DNA of 64,000 bases from positions 2,449,562 to 2,513,561 of the forward strand of contig JADJRF010000005.1 in NCBI GenBank assembly GCA_016712355.1, in the 5' to 3' direction. Origin of the DNA: Vampirovibrionales bacterium. GTDB taxonomy: Bacteria > Cyanobacteriota > Vampirovibrionia > Vampirovibrionales > Vampirovibrionaceae. The notes under the pieces are model-generated. The model was not told the origin of the DNA and did not search any database. It saw nothing but the letters and a program-made list of their open reading frames with translations. Each line of letters begins with the position of its first letter. Within the stretch, counting starts at the first letter, position 1. Shown in pieces: positions 8,536-18,965 of this stretch. The position numbers and the translations under genes were made by a program.

Positions 8536-9609
8536 ATGACCTCTAACCTGAAAGCAAATCTGCTGGAGACCATGGCGAAATTCAGCCACGGGCGGGCGCT
8601 CGTGGTCGGAGACGCCGCCATTGACGAGATGATTTACGGCGCGACAGCCCGGCTTTCGCGCGAGGCCCCCGTGGTAATTCTGCGCCACGAGCGCACAGAC
8701 ATCGTGCTGGGAGCCGCTTCCAACGCGGCGCATAACATTGCGGCGCTCGGCGCGGGGCATACGGCGCTGGTGGGGGTTTGTGGAGACGATTACCATGGTC
8801 AGCGCCTGCGCGACGCGCTGGCGCGCGACGGCGTGGATCCCCAAGCCCTGATTATCGATCCCGATCGCCCGACGACGACCAAGACGCGGCTATCGGGCAT
8901 CGCGAATCATTCGGTGACCCAGCAAATCGTGCGCATTGACCGCGAGAGCGACGCGCCGATTACAGGGGCGGTTGAAAACGCGGTTCTGGATGCGATTTCG
9001 CGTCTGGCGCCGGACATGGACGCTTTGTTGATATCAGATTACGGGCTGGGCATGGCCACTGACGCCGTAATTGCGCATTGCAAGGCGATGGCAACGCGTC
9101 ATGGTCTGGTCTGGGCGGCAGATTCACAACGCGAGCTGGCGTTGTTTTCGGGCGCGGACGTGATTTCGCCGAATCAGCCCGAAGCCGAGCGCAATGCGGG
9201 CTTTGCGTTTGAAACCGAAGCCGATCTGCTGCGCGGCGGTCGCGAGTTGTTGCAGAGCACCGGCGTTCGCCGCCTGCTGATCACGCTCGGCGCGCAAGGC
9301 ATGATGCTCTTTGACGAGGACGGCAGCCATACGACAATCCCGGCATTTAACCGCAGCGAGGTGTTTGACGTCACCGGCGCCGGCGATACCGTCATTGGCG
9401 CGATGACGCTTGCGCTTGGCGTGGGCTCGGACATTTTGAGCGCGTGCCTGCTGGGGAATCTGGCGGCGAGCCTGACGGTTCGACGCTTTGGGGCGGCGGT
9501 CGCCTCGGTCGCGGAAATGCGCGCGGCGCTGGATTCGCTTCTCGATGAGCGCGGCGAGGCGCTGATAGCGCAGATCACGCGGCAAGACGCCGCTGCAAAA
9601 GCATCCTGA
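8536..9609 (+). CDS. hldE: PfkB-family sugar kinase resembling D-glycero-beta-D-manno-heptose-7-phosphate kinase (HldE/RfaE domain I); no adenylyltransferase domain
   Basis: ALVVGDAAIDEMIYG...REAPVVIL N-terminal region and VFDVTGAGDTVIGAMTLAL anion-hole/ATP motif typical of RfaE domain I. It is adjacent to a GT9 heptosyltransferase and an O-antigen-ligase-family gene. Confidence 0.7.
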   Translation: MTSNLKANLLETMAKFSHGRALVVGDAAIDEMIYGATARLSREAPVVILRHERTDIVLGAASNAAHNIAALGAGHTALVGVCGDDYHGQRLRDALARDGVDPQALIIDPDRPTTTKTRLSGIANHSVTQQIVRIDRESDAPITGAVENAVLDAISRLAPDMDALLISDYGLGMATDAVIAHCKAMATRHGLVWAADSQRELALFSGADVISPNQPEAERNAGFAFETEADLLRGGRELLQSTGVRRLLITLGAQGMMLFDEDGSHTTIPAFNRSEVFDVTGAGDTVIGAMTLALGVGSDILSACLLGNLAASLTVRRFGAAVASVAEMRAALDSLLDERGEALIAQITRQDAAAKAS

Positions 9610-9645
9610 CCCCTTCTCCCGTTACGTTTAAGAGGAAAATTCTCC

Positions 9646-10206
9646 ATGATTGACGCCACCGGTCGCCTGTTTGGCCGCTTCAACGTGATTGATTTTACCC
9701 TGATTGCCTTTCTGCTGGCGACAACGCTGGGGCTGCTCGCCGTGCAATCTGGCTGGCACAAGACATCTGGCCAGGTCATCGAAGGCGAGAGCGATATCAT
9801 CTACGCCATTTATCTGGGCAACGTCAAAACGCTTCGTCCTCAAGCGCTTTTCAAGCCGGGGGCCTTCGTCTCGATGACGGTGCGCAACCAGCCGCGCGGC
9901 AAAGTGAAAATTGAACAGGTCGTCGTCAAGCCCAAACAGGCGATGATCCCCAGCGGCGGCGGGAATTTCCGTCTCACAGCGGATCCTGAGGATCAATTCG
10001 GCTATAACTATCTGGTAACGCTGCGCGATCATGCGCAAGTGACGGAAGACGGCTACGTCACCAGCGGCGTCAAGATTAAAACCGGGATGAAGATTCTGGT
10101 GGAAGGCATGGACTTCCAGATTGCAGGCGTTATCGTTGACGTGCAAGCGGCGCCGGACGCTAAAAAGCCGGTCACAAAAGCGTCAGATGTAAAAAAGGCG
10201 TCTTAA
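9646..10206 (+). CDS. Hypothetical N-terminally membrane-anchored protein (DUF4330-like)
   Basis: MIDATGRLFGRFNVIDFTLIAFLL N-terminus with a single TM. DUF4330 is a hedged guess. Confidence 0.45.
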   Translation: MIDATGRLFGRFNVIDFTLIAFLLATTLGLLAVQSGWHKTSGQVIEGESDIIYAIYLGNVKTLRPQALFKPGAFVSMTVRNQPRGKVKIEQVVVKPKQAMIPSGGGNFRLTADPEDQFGYNYLVTLRDHAQVTEDGYVTSGVKIKTGMKILVEGMDFQIAGVIVDVQAAPDAKKPVTKASDVKKAS

Positions 10207-10209
10207 GCC

Positions 10210-11712
10210 GTGTCTGCGCTACGCGCTGCGCTTAAAAACTCCTGGGCGCTGGGAGGTCTGACCCGTCTGGCCACATTGCCGGCGTCCACGCTGACCGCAT
10301 GGGCGCAACTGTCGCGGCTCGGGCAATGGACGCTGGGGTTGTGCGAAGCGCTGGATCCCGGCATTGACGTGCGGGCGGTGCATCCGCTGATTCGTCGCGC
10401 GTGTCAGCCTGCGGTGCTGTTTACCGGCGTGTGCCTGCTGTTTGTGGTCGCCGCGTTTCAGGACACGGCGCGCATCGGGATGGTCGTGTGGCTGCTGTTT
10501 TTCATGAGCCTGATGGCCAGCCTGATTCCGGGGCGTCCGCTACTGCGGCGCATCACGATGATCGACGCGCTGGTGGGGCTGTTTTACCTGTCGGCGGTCG
10601 TGTCGACGGCGGCCTCCTCGTTTTTTCTGACGAGCTTGATGGGGTTGTTCAAGATGACAACCTTTCTGGCCGCTTATCTGCTGTTTCGCAACGCCCTGGA
10701 AGCCGAACGCCTGACGTGGTGGGTGGCATTGCTCTGGCTGCTGGCGTTACTGGGCGGTTGGGAGACGCTGGTCGGCTGGCATCAGTACACCGCCAATCTG
10801 GAGCCGCTGGCGACCTGGCAAGACCCGGACACGAATCCCGAACTGGTGATGACGCGCGTGTTTGGAACCCTTCAGCCGTCTAATCCCAATTTGCTGGCGG
10901 GTTATCTGGTCACATGTCTGTCGGCGGCCTTTGGCCTTGGGTTTTACCACTGGCGCGGATTGCGTCGCGAAAGCCTGCTCTCGGCGCTGGCATTTTTATT
11001 GGGCGGCGGCATTCTGGCGACGCTGGTTTTAACGGGATCGCGCGGCGGTTATCTGGCGCTGGCAGGGATGTTTCCGCTGGCGTTTTTGCTGGGGGGGCAT
11101 TTGTTATTTCATGAGCCCGCGCTGAGCGCGAGGCGCGGGCTGAAAACCCTGTGGCTGTCTATCTTGGCGCTGGGTCTTGGCAGTGTGGCGCTGGCTCTCA
11201 CGTTTTCTGAGAGTCTGCGGCACCGGCTGCTGTCCATTTTCGCGATGCGCGAGGATAGCAGCATCTCGTATCGCCTGAACGTCTACGATAGCGCCATGCA
11301 GATGGCGCGCGACAACTGGCTGCTGGGTATTGGGCCGGGTAACGATACGTTTAAACTGGTGTACGGCCTGTATATGGTGCCGGGCTACACGGCGCTGGGC
11401 GCGTATAGCGTACCGCTGGAGATTGCAGTCGAGCAGGGATTGCCTGGGCTGCTGATTTTCGGCGCGCTGTTGCTGGCGCTGGCCTTGCGCACGCTGTGGT
11501 TTCTGGATTCGGCGCGCGATATCCGCGAAAAGATTCTCGCCATCACGCTGTTGACGGCGGTGGCGGGTTCTGCGCTCTATGGCGCGTTTGACACGATCTG
11601 GTATCGCCCGGCGGTGAACATCGCCTTCTGGCTATGCGTGGCGGGTCTGGCCGCCCTGACGGAAAACGCGCTGGGACGCGAGGCCGCCAAGCGCGATGCG
11701 GCAAGCCGATGA
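10210..11712 (+). CDS. O-antigen ligase (WaaL/Wzy_C) family membrane protein
   Basis: Polytopic protein with the LTGSRGGYLALAGM loop typical of the O-antigen ligase family. GTG start. Its stop overlaps the next gene's start (ATGA). Confidence 0.6.
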   Translation: MSALRAALKNSWALGGLTRLATLPASTLTAWAQLSRLGQWTLGLCEALDPGIDVRAVHPLIRRACQPAVLFTGVCLLFVVAAFQDTARIGMVVWLLFFMSLMASLIPGRPLLRRITMIDALVGLFYLSAVVSTAASSFFLTSLMGLFKMTTFLAAYLLFRNALEAERLTWWVALLWLLALLGGWETLVGWHQYTANLEPLATWQDPDTNPELVMTRVFGTLQPSNPNLLAGYLVTCLSAAFGLGFYHWRGLRRESLLSALAFLLGGGILATLVLTGSRGGYLALAGMFPLAFLLGGHLLFHEPALSARRGLKTLWLSILALGLGSVALALTFSESLRHRLLSIFAMREDSSISYRLNVYDSAMQMARDNWLLGIGPGNDTFKLVYGLYMVPGYTALGAYSVPLEIAVEQGLPGLLIFGALLLALALRTLWFLDSARDIREKILAITLLTAVAGSALYGAFDTIWYRPAVNIAFWLCVAGLAALTENALGREAAKRDAASR

Positions 11713-12821
11713 TAACGGATAAGTCCGCCGCCGCGCCTGCGAATCAGGCGCACGCAATGCGCATCGGCCTGCTGAATTTTGGCGGCATCGGCGATGAAAT
11801 TTTGTTTTCGCCGGTGATTGCCGACCTGCGGCGGGTGTTGCCCGACGCCCGCCTGACGCTGATTCTGGAAGGCCGCAGCGCGTGCGTTGCCCCGCTGTTG
11901 CCGCCGCTCGATCACGTATTGAGCGTCGAAGTTCTGAAGCAATCGCGTCCCAGGCTGTTTGCCAGTCTCCTGAGTCTGCTGCGCCGCGAGCGGTTTGATG
12001 CGGTCATTGCCAGCGGCAGCACGCCGTTTATGGCCGTGTTGCTGGCTTTATCCGGCGCAAAGCGGCGTTTTGGCTTTGACAGCGGTCCGCTCAGCCGTGC
12101 GCTGCTGACCGGCGCCGCCCCGCTGGACACCCGCGCTTACGCCGCGCAGATGTACTACGCGCTGGCCCGCACGGCGCTCGCCTCGCTGGCGGGGCCCGAT
12201 TACACCCCGATGAGTCGCGTCGCGCCGATGCTGACGCCGCCTTCAGAGGCAGAATGCGCGTGGGCGCGCGGGCGACTGCGGCCCGATCCATCGGATACCC
12301 GCCCGCTTGCGCTGATTCATCCGGGGGTGAGTCTGGCGAGCGTGGCCAAAGGCATCGTCAAAAGCTGGTCGCCCGAAAACTGGGCGGCGCTGATTCAACG
12401 GCTGACGCCCGGCTGTCGCGTGGCGCTGACCGGCGGGCCGGACGATCGCGAGACCATCGACGCGATTTTGGCAGCCCTGCCGCCAGAAATGGCTTGCGGG
12501 AACGCAGATTTCACTCATTTATACGGCGAAACCGCGCGATTATCGCAACTGGGGGCGCTCATGACGGCGTCGGACGCGCTGGCGCTGGTGGATTCGGCGC
12601 CAATGCATCTAGCTGTCGGCCTGGGACGGCCGCTGACGGCGCTTTTTGGAGCAACGTCTCCAGAACGCTTGCTGCCACCGGACGATCCGCGCTTTATCGC
12701 CTTACGCGCCGCGCCCGCGCAAGGGCCTGACGCGCGATATCTGGCGATTCCCGTTGAGGTTGTGGCGTCGGCCATTGCGTCGCAATTGCAGGATCGGCGC
12801 GTCGGCCCTCCCACGACTTAG
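11709..12821 (+). CDS. Glycosyltransferase family 9 (ADP-heptose:LPS heptosyltransferase-like)
   Basis: GT9 hallmarks MRIGLLNFGGIGDEIL, IHPGVS...K.W and C-terminal D.AP.HLAVGLGRPL..LFG.T.P. Confidence 0.7.
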   Translation: MITDKSAAAPANQAHAMRIGLLNFGGIGDEILFSPVIADLRRVLPDARLTLILEGRSACVAPLLPPLDHVLSVEVLKQSRPRLFASLLSLLRRERFDAVIASGSTPFMAVLLALSGAKRRFGFDSGPLSRALLTGAAPLDTRAYAAQMYYALARTALASLAGPDYTPMSRVAPMLTPPSEAECAWARGRLRPDPSDTRPLALIHPGVSLASVAKGIVKSWSPENWAALIQRLTPGCRVALTGGPDDRETIDAILAALPPEMACGNADFTHLYGETARLSQLGALMTASDALALVDSAPMHLAVGLGRPLTALFGATSPERLLPPDDPRFIALRAAPAQGPDARYLAIPVEVVASAIASQLQDRRVGPPTT

Positions 12822-13756
12822 CCGTGGCGGGTGATGGCCGTAATCAGCTCTTGCAGCACGGCGTCAGCCGATTCGTTGGCAATCTGGCAGGTGCCAGCGT
12901 TGGCGTGGCCGCCGCCGCCGTAGGCCAGCATCAGCTCGCCGATGTTGGTTTTGGAAGTGCGGTTGACGATGGATTTGCCGACGGCAAAGACCGTATTTTG
13001 CTGCTTCAGGCCCCAAATACGATGGATTGAGATATTGCAGTCGGGGTAAAGCGCGTAAATCACAAAGCGATTGCCCGCGTAGATTGTCTCTTCTCGGGTC
13101 AAATCGAGAATGACCAGATTGCCATGAACCGTGGAGCAGCGCTTGATTTGATCCTTGAACATGGTTTCATGCTCAAAATACAGGTCCACGCGCTCACGCA
13201 CGTCGGAGATCTGGAAAATCTGCTCAATGCGGTGATCTTTGCAGTCATCGATGAGGCGCATCATCAGGTTATAATTGGAAATCGTGAAGTTACGAAAGCG
13301 CCCAAGCCCGGTGCGCGCGTCCATCAGGTAGTTGAGCAGCACCCAGCCCTTGGGATAGAGAATCTCTTCGATGCTGAACTGGGCGGAATCGGCCTTGTCG
13401 ACGGCCTGCATCATTTCGTCCCACGCCGCAGGAAAGCGCGTACGGCCGCCATAGTAATTATAAACGACCCGCGCGGCAGACGGCGCATAGGGATCGATAA
13501 TATGATTCCGCTGCAAGCCTTTGAGACGAACGGTTTCGCTGGCATGGTGATCGAAGGCCAGGTACACCCCATCGACATACGGCAAATTGGTCGTGATGTC
13601 GTGGGAATTAATCTCGATCAGGCCGTCCTGCATATCTTTGGGATGTACAAACTTGATCTCGTCGATGAGATCGAGGTGTTTCAGCAGGATGGCGCAGACC
13701 AGCCCGTCGAAGTCGCTTCGCGTGACGAGTCGATACCGCCGAAATGCCGCTGTCAT
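12818..13756 (-). CDS. nrnA: DHH-DHHA1 phosphoesterase (NrnA-like oligoribonuclease/pAp phosphatase)
   Basis: DHH motif (LAFDHHASE) and DHHA1 motif (GGGGHANAGT). Confidence 0.7.
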   Translation of the reverse strand: MTAAFRRYRLVTRSDFDGLVCAILLKHLDLIDEIKFVHPKDMQDGLIEINSHDITTNLPYVDGVYLAFDHHASETVRLKGLQRNHIIDPYAPSAARVVYNYYGGRTRFPAAWDEMMQAVDKADSAQFSIEEILYPKGWVLLNYLMDARTGLGRFRNFTISNYNLMMRLIDDCKDHRIEQIFQISDVRERVDLYFEHETMFKDQIKRCSTVHGNLVILDLTREETIYAGNRFVIYALYPDCNISIHRIWGLKQQNTVFAVGKSIVNRTSKTNIGELMLAYGGGGHANAGTCQIANESADAVLQELITAITRHG

Positions 13757-13965
13757 GTGCTGATCTGCCCCTTGAAGCGCTGAACCGGAATGGCTCTGAC
13801 ACGGGAGAAAGCGCGCTTGTCGAAACGACGCGCGCCATTTTTTCAGGTTCGCATATTCACGTTAGCATAGGACGCGCGCAAAGCGACACCCCCGGTCGAG
13901 GCGCGCGCGTCAACAATCCTGCGGGTGGAGGAGAAGGCGCGGGCGAGCGCAGAGCCGGTGAGCGC

Positions 13966-15165
13966 CTACCCGGCGATGGCAGCCTCGCAGGACGCAAACG
14001 CGCGCACGCGGCGGCGCGTCTGCGCATCCAGCGCCAGAATATCGCTCAACGAGGGGTCCGCGCATACGTCCTGATCCTGATAGGCGGTCAATGCGCGCTC
14101 AATCAGAAGGGGGATGTCGATAAAGCGGATGGATTCCTGTAAAAACAGCTCAACGGCGACTTCATCGGCGGCATTCAGGACCGTGGGCGCGCCGCCGCCC
14201 TGCTCGCCTGCGGCGCGCGCCAAAGGCAGGCACGGAAAAAGCCGAGGGTCCGGCGCGCGGAATTCCAGCGCGCCCAGCGTCGCCAGATCCAGCGGCGCAG
14301 GGCTGAAATCGTTTGGAAGGCGCTGCGGATAGCCCAGCGCGTACAGAATCGGCAGTCGCATATCGGGCGGCCCTAGCTGCGCCGTCGTTGAGCCATCGAC
14401 AAAACGCACTGCGCTGTGCACGACGCTTTGCGGGTGAATCACCACATCTATGATGTCGTAGGGGGCGTCAAAGAGCCAGTGCGCCTCGATGATTTCAAGC
14501 CCCTTGTTCATCATCGTCGCGGAATCGACGGTGATTTTAGGCCCCATCGACCAATTGGGGTGTCGCAGCGCGTCGGCCAGCGTCACGCGGGACAGATCAT
14601 CGGGTCGCGCATCGCGAAACGGGCCGCCGGAAGCCGTCAGGATCAGGCGATCGACTTCTGCGCGCGATTCGCCGCGCAAGCACTGGTGAATCGCCGAATG
14701 TTCGCTGTCCAGCGGGAGCAGACGCTCGGGAGAAGCCGCCAGATAGGGGGCGACTAGATGCCCGCCAGCGACGAAGGTTTCTTTGTTGGCCGTCAGGACT
14801 TTACGCCCGGCCTGCAGCGCCGCCAGCGTCGGGGCCAGGCCGCGCATCCCCACGACGCCGATGAGCGCGGCGTCGTAACCGTCCCAACAGGCCATGGTTT
14901 CCAGCGCATCGTCGCCGCTGAGGATCTGCCCTCGAAAATCGGGGGTGAGGCGCGCCAGAGCCTCGGCGTCGCGCGCGTGCGGCACGGCGACCTGCGCCGG
15001 GCAAAACTGCCTCATCTGCGCCGCCAGCGTTTCCAGCCGACGGCCGCCCGCCGCCAGCCCCACCACAGCAAAGCGCTCCGGAAAACGCGCCAGAACATCC
15101 AGCGCCTGCGAGCCAATTGAGCCCGTCGAGCCCAGCACAATCATCCGTTCGATGGAGCCGGTCAT
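13966..15165 (-). CDS. dxr: 1-deoxy-D-xylulose 5-phosphate reductoisomerase
   Basis: IVLGSTGSIGSQALDV NADPH-binding N-terminus, LTASGGPFR and NKGLEIIEAHWLF. The ORF is trimmed to the internal ATG (MTGSIERMIVLGSTGSIG); the 100-aa upstream extension is not Dxr-like. Confidence 0.9.
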   Translation of the reverse strand: MTGSIERMIVLGSTGSIGSQALDVLARFPERFAVVGLAAGGRRLETLAAQMRQFCPAQVAVPHARDAEALARLTPDFRGQILSGDDALETMACWDGYDAALIGVVGMRGLAPTLAALQAGRKVLTANKETFVAGGHLVAPYLAASPERLLPLDSEHSAIHQCLRGESRAEVDRLILTASGGPFRDARPDDLSRVTLADALRHPNWSMGPKITVDSATMMNKGLEIIEAHWLFDAPYDIIDVVIHPQSVVHSAVRFVDGSTTAQLGPPDMRLPILYALGYPQRLPNDFSPAPLDLATLGALEFRAPDPRLFPCLPLARAAGEQGGGAPTVLNAADEVAVELFLQESIRFIDIPLLIERALTAYQDQDVCADPSLSDILALDAQTRRRVRAFASCEAAIAG

Positions 15166-15391
15166 GGCAATCCTTGGCGAATGGCGCATAATACGATAGG
15201 ATAATACCATCAATTTCCTGAGGAGAGACGGACAAGGGGCGCGTTTTGGCGCCGGAGGGGATCCAGCCCGAGACGATCCGAGAAAATTCAACCTGAGGGG
15301 CTTTCTACATGGGATTCGACGCCGGGATTGCCTGGATGATGCTTCATTTAGCGCCTGAATGCCAACTGAAGAGTGACGCGGGGGGAGCGTA

Positions 15392-15646
15392 ATGACGATG
15401 TTTCGATGCAAAACCTGCGGTTGCCACGGCTTTAAGCTGGTGGTCCAGCCGGATTTCAATGGCAATATTGAAATCTATACCAATGGCCACGAAGACGTGA
15501 TGATCCGCGTGGGCAAACAGGAGTTCGTCGCGGATTTAGCTTTCATCAACCGCTTTGCCGCCTGCGAGGAGTGCGGTCAGACGCGCCAGTGGGAATATTT
15601 TTACCCGATGGCCGAAGAAACCGCCCAGCGGCGCTCTCACGGCTGA
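15392..15646 (+). CDS. Small zinc-ribbon protein (CxxC...CxxC), hypothetical
   Basis: CKTCGC ... CEECGQ; RBS-like ggggag upstream. Confidence 0.45.
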   Translation: MTMFRCKTCGCHGFKLVVQPDFNGNIEIYTNGHEDVMIRVGKQEFVADLAFINRFAACEECGQTRQWEYFYPMAEETAQRRSHG

Positions 15647-15664
15647 ATACCCAATCGCGCGGCT

Positions 15665-17869
15665 TTACCCGGAAGCGGAATGCCGGTCACGCGCGGCGAT
15701 AAAAAAGGCTTCGAGTTCGCGAACGGCTTCGGCGTCTTCAAATAACGCATCGCTGGCCGCCGCAATCTCGGCCCGCAAGGCGCGATTGCGAGCGCCATCC
15801 TGCGCCAGTGACACAGCGCAGGCGGCGTAATCGGCCAACGAATCGACCACAGGACCGTCCACGCCCATTTTAGCGTAGCATCCCGCCGTGATGCGGCCTC
15901 GCATAAAGGGGCCGGGCCAGGTGACGACCGGGACGCCCATCGCCATGGCCTCGTACGTCGTATTGCCCCCGCCCAGATGCGGCGGATCCAGCAATACGTC
16001 GCAATGACGCATCACGCGCAGGAAATCGTCTGTGGGCATGGGCGCCAGCCAGTGCAGCCGCGCCATCGCCTCGGGCGGCATCGCTTGGGTCAGACGATTT
16101 TCCAGCGCCTGACGAAGGCCGGGGCGATCGCCAGCGGGAATCAACAGGCGCGCCTGCGGATCGCGGGCCAGAATATCGGCCAGGACGGGATCAAAATCCG
16201 GGTGGAACTTGACGAGTTGTTGCAGGCAGCCGTAGAGCCGTCCGTCTGGCGGCAAGCCGAGATCGCCGCGCACGCGATCCTCTGGCGGCGTCGCCGGGCG
16301 GCGAAAACAGACCGGCAGCGCGTCAAACTCAATCAGGCGTTCGCGGTAATGTGCGGCGCCGTCGGGCGGTTCAATGAGGCGACTGCTCAGGAAATAATCG
16401 ACCGTCGCGATGCCGCTTGTCACCGGGAATCCCCACGAGGCGCACTGCGTCGGCGCGAGACGGAACAGGGGCATCCAATAATTCACGGGGTCCGTGCCGA
16501 TCTCAAAGTAAAACAGCGCATCGAAACGGCTCTGGCGCACGACATCGACTTTCTGAAGCAATCCGGCGGGCAGCGACGTCCATAAGGGCACGCTCCATGT
16601 GTCCATATCCAGCGCCAGAAGCTGTTCTCGGCTGGCAGGCGAGCAAACCAGCGTCAGTTGCGCGCGTTGGGGGGCGACATTGCGAAAGAATCCCCCCATA
16701 AAGGTGTTAAAGGCAATCTCATGGCCATCGCTCACCAGCATGGCCACGCGCGGCGGGCCGACAGGAGAGGGGCTCGCGAGCGATTCTGTCCCCAGCCAGC
16801 CGGATTCGGACAGCATGCGCGTCATGCGATCCGCAAAGCGACTGCGCAGCGCCCGATCGTCTTCTCCCTGAAAAGCCCAGTAATAGGGCGGATACACGTT
16901 GTATTCGAGCAGCGTGGATTCGTCCGCGCGCAGATCTTCGGACTCGAACGCCGCCAGCGCGCTTGCGGCCTGCGCGCGCGAGGCGTCGATGGCTGCCGCG
17001 TTAGCCGCAATGGGCGCAACCAGCGTCTCCAGCCGCAGGCGAATCAGCGGATGAGCTTGCAGAAAGGGCGTGACCTGGGCAAAACGGGCCCGCGCTTCTT
17101 CGATGCGATGCAGCTCAAACAGGCAGCCGCCCGCATTCAGAGCGACCATCGGCTCGCCCGGACGCAGGGCCGCCGCCTTTTCAAAGCATCCCAACGCATC
17201 TGCGTAAGCTTTGAGCGACTTGTGGATGACGCCGAGCTGATAATAAGGCTCAAAAAAGGCGGGATTCAAGGCGATGGCCTGATGATAGGCGTCAATGGCG
17301 CGCTCACCCTCGCCGCGCTTGAGAAACGCATTGCCCAGATTGAAAGCGGCTTGCGCGTTTTGCGGGTCGAGCGCCAGCGCCTTGCGATACCGCGCGATCG
17401 CTGTCTCGACGTCTCCCTGCGACAGCAAGGCATTGCCCCAGTGACTATAAAGCGCGCTGTTGGCGGGCTCCAGTCGCGCAGCCTTCTGAAAACAGGCGAT
17501 CGCCTCAGGCCCGCGACCGAGGTCTTTATACGTCGCGCCAAGGTTAATCCAGCCAACAGCATAGCGTTTCTGGCGATCGATCGCCGTTTGGTAGGCCTGT
17601 TGCGCGTCTTGCAAACGGCCCTCGTTTCGGGCGAGATTCCCCAGGGAATTCCACAGGTGCGGGTCTTGCGGGCATAAGGTCAGCGCCCGCTGGAGAAAGT
17701 CCAGCGCCATGGCCTGCTGGCCGAGAGCCTGGGCAATGAGAGCAATCAGGTGCAGGGCCTCGGTATCGTCAGGCGCGCTTGCCAGAATCCGCTGGCAGGC
17801 GTCGAGCGCTTGCAGATGCTGACCGCCCTGATAAGCGGCCCATGCGGCGTTAAAAGCGGATGTGGGCAT
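15665..17869 (-). CDS. TPR-repeat protein with C-terminal GT41-like (O-GlcNAc transferase-like) glycosyltransferase domain
   Basis: Multiple TPR units in the N-terminal half (AxxxYxxAL repeats). C-terminal ...HWLAPMPTDDFLRVMRHCDVLLDPPHLGGGNTTYEAMAMGVPVVTWPGPFMRGRITAG resembles the bacterial SPY/OGT C-terminal catalytic domain. Confidence 0.65.
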   Translation of the reverse strand: MPTSAFNAAWAAYQGGQHLQALDACQRILASAPDDTEALHLIALIAQALGQQAMALDFLQRALTLCPQDPHLWNSLGNLARNEGRLQDAQQAYQTAIDRQKRYAVGWINLGATYKDLGRGPEAIACFQKAARLEPANSALYSHWGNALLSQGDVETAIARYRKALALDPQNAQAAFNLGNAFLKRGEGERAIDAYHQAIALNPAFFEPYYQLGVIHKSLKAYADALGCFEKAAALRPGEPMVALNAGGCLFELHRIEEARARFAQVTPFLQAHPLIRLRLETLVAPIAANAAAIDASRAQAASALAAFESEDLRADESTLLEYNVYPPYYWAFQGEDDRALRSRFADRMTRMLSESGWLGTESLASPSPVGPPRVAMLVSDGHEIAFNTFMGGFFRNVAPQRAQLTLVCSPASREQLLALDMDTWSVPLWTSLPAGLLQKVDVVRQSRFDALFYFEIGTDPVNYWMPLFRLAPTQCASWGFPVTSGIATVDYFLSSRLIEPPDGAAHYRERLIEFDALPVCFRRPATPPEDRVRGDLGLPPDGRLYGCLQQLVKFHPDFDPVLADILARDPQARLLIPAGDRPGLRQALENRLTQAMPPEAMARLHWLAPMPTDDFLRVMRHCDVLLDPPHLGGGNTTYEAMAMGVPVVTWPGPFMRGRITAGCYAKMGVDGPVVDSLADYAACAVSLAQDGARNRALRAEIAAASDALFEDAEAVRELEAFFIAARDRHSASG

Positions 17870-18203
17870 CGAACGAGCCGCCAGCCTCCCGACAGAAGGC
17901 CCGCCATTGAACAGGGCCTTCTGTCAGTAAAGCCCGTCCCCGGCGCGGCAGCTTCCCCCGAACAATCGAGCGCGCGCCGTAGCGGGGCGGAATAAAACTG
18001 TTTCAAAACTTAAAAAATATTTTTTATATCTATGATAGTATATGCCTTAATGATCCGTCCCGCAGTCTGTGTCAGGCGCGACGGGCGGCGTCAGTGAGAG
18101 GCGTATATCCGGGACGGGCTTGCATGAGAGCGGGCCTGCGCTTGTGCGCGCTTTATCCGTGTTTTGTCGTAATTTGTGAGAATGCACTAAGGAGATTCGT
18201 GGG

Positions 18204-18890
18204 ATGTGTTATAAAAAATTCGCCGCCGAACTCTTCGGCACGATGACGCTGGTACTTGTGGGCTGCGGGGCGGCCGTCATCGCGGGTCCGCAGATTGGGT
18301 TTCTGGGCATCGGGGTTGCCTTCGGTCTGGCGCTCATCGGGGCGGCCTACGCCATCGGCTGGGTTTCTGGCTGCCATATTAACCCCGCCGTGAGCTTCGG
18401 CGCATGGATTGCCGGGCGCATGACGACCAGCGAAATGGTCCAGTACATGGTCGCGCAGTTTCTCGGCGGGATTCTGGGCGCCGTGGTGCTGTATATCATC
18501 GTGTCGCACCAGATTGCGCCTTATGATCTGGCGCATCAGGGGCTCGGCCAGAATGGCTGGGGACCGGGCTATCTGGGGCAGTTCGATATGACGGCGGCCT
18601 TCGTGTTCGAAATGGTGGCCACGTTTATCTTCGTCAGCGTGATTCTGGGCTCTACCGCCGCCGGCGCGCCGGTCGGTCTGGCGGGTCTGGCCATCGGCCT
18701 GACGCTGGTCGCCATTCACCTGTTCGGGATTCCCATCTCGGGCTCGAGTCTCAATCCGGCGCGCAGCCTGGGACCGGCCGTGCTGGTAGGCGGACAGGCG
18801 TTGTCGCAACTGTGGCTGTTCTTTGTCGCGCCCATGCTCGGCGCGGCGCTGGCCGGTATCTTCTATCGCCGTAACGTGATGAATCCGTAA
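18204..18890 (+). CDS. aqpZ: Aquaporin Z (MIP family)
   Basis: Two NPA boxes (HINPAVSFG, NPARSLGPA) and six TM segments. Confidence 0.9.
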   Translation: MCYKKFAAELFGTMTLVLVGCGAAVIAGPQIGFLGIGVAFGLALIGAAYAIGWVSGCHINPAVSFGAWIAGRMTTSEMVQYMVAQFLGGILGAVVLYIIVSHQIAPYDLAHQGLGQNGWGPGYLGQFDMTAAFVFEMVATFIFVSVILGSTAAGAPVGLAGLAIGLTLVAIHLFGIPISGSSLNPARSLGPAVLVGGQALSQLWLFFVAPMLGAALAGIFYRRNVMNP

Positions 18891-18965
18891 GCATCAGCGG
18901 CATTTTGATCATTCTGAGCAAGGGCTCGTCCGGGATGGGGCGAGCCCTTGTGATATACTCCCCCC

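Noticed and set aside
13966-15465. 499-aa version of dxr and 364-aa version of atpG (47142)
   Set aside because: The N-terminal extensions lack homology and overlap neighbouring genes. Conserved N-termini begin at the internal ATGs used in the feature table.
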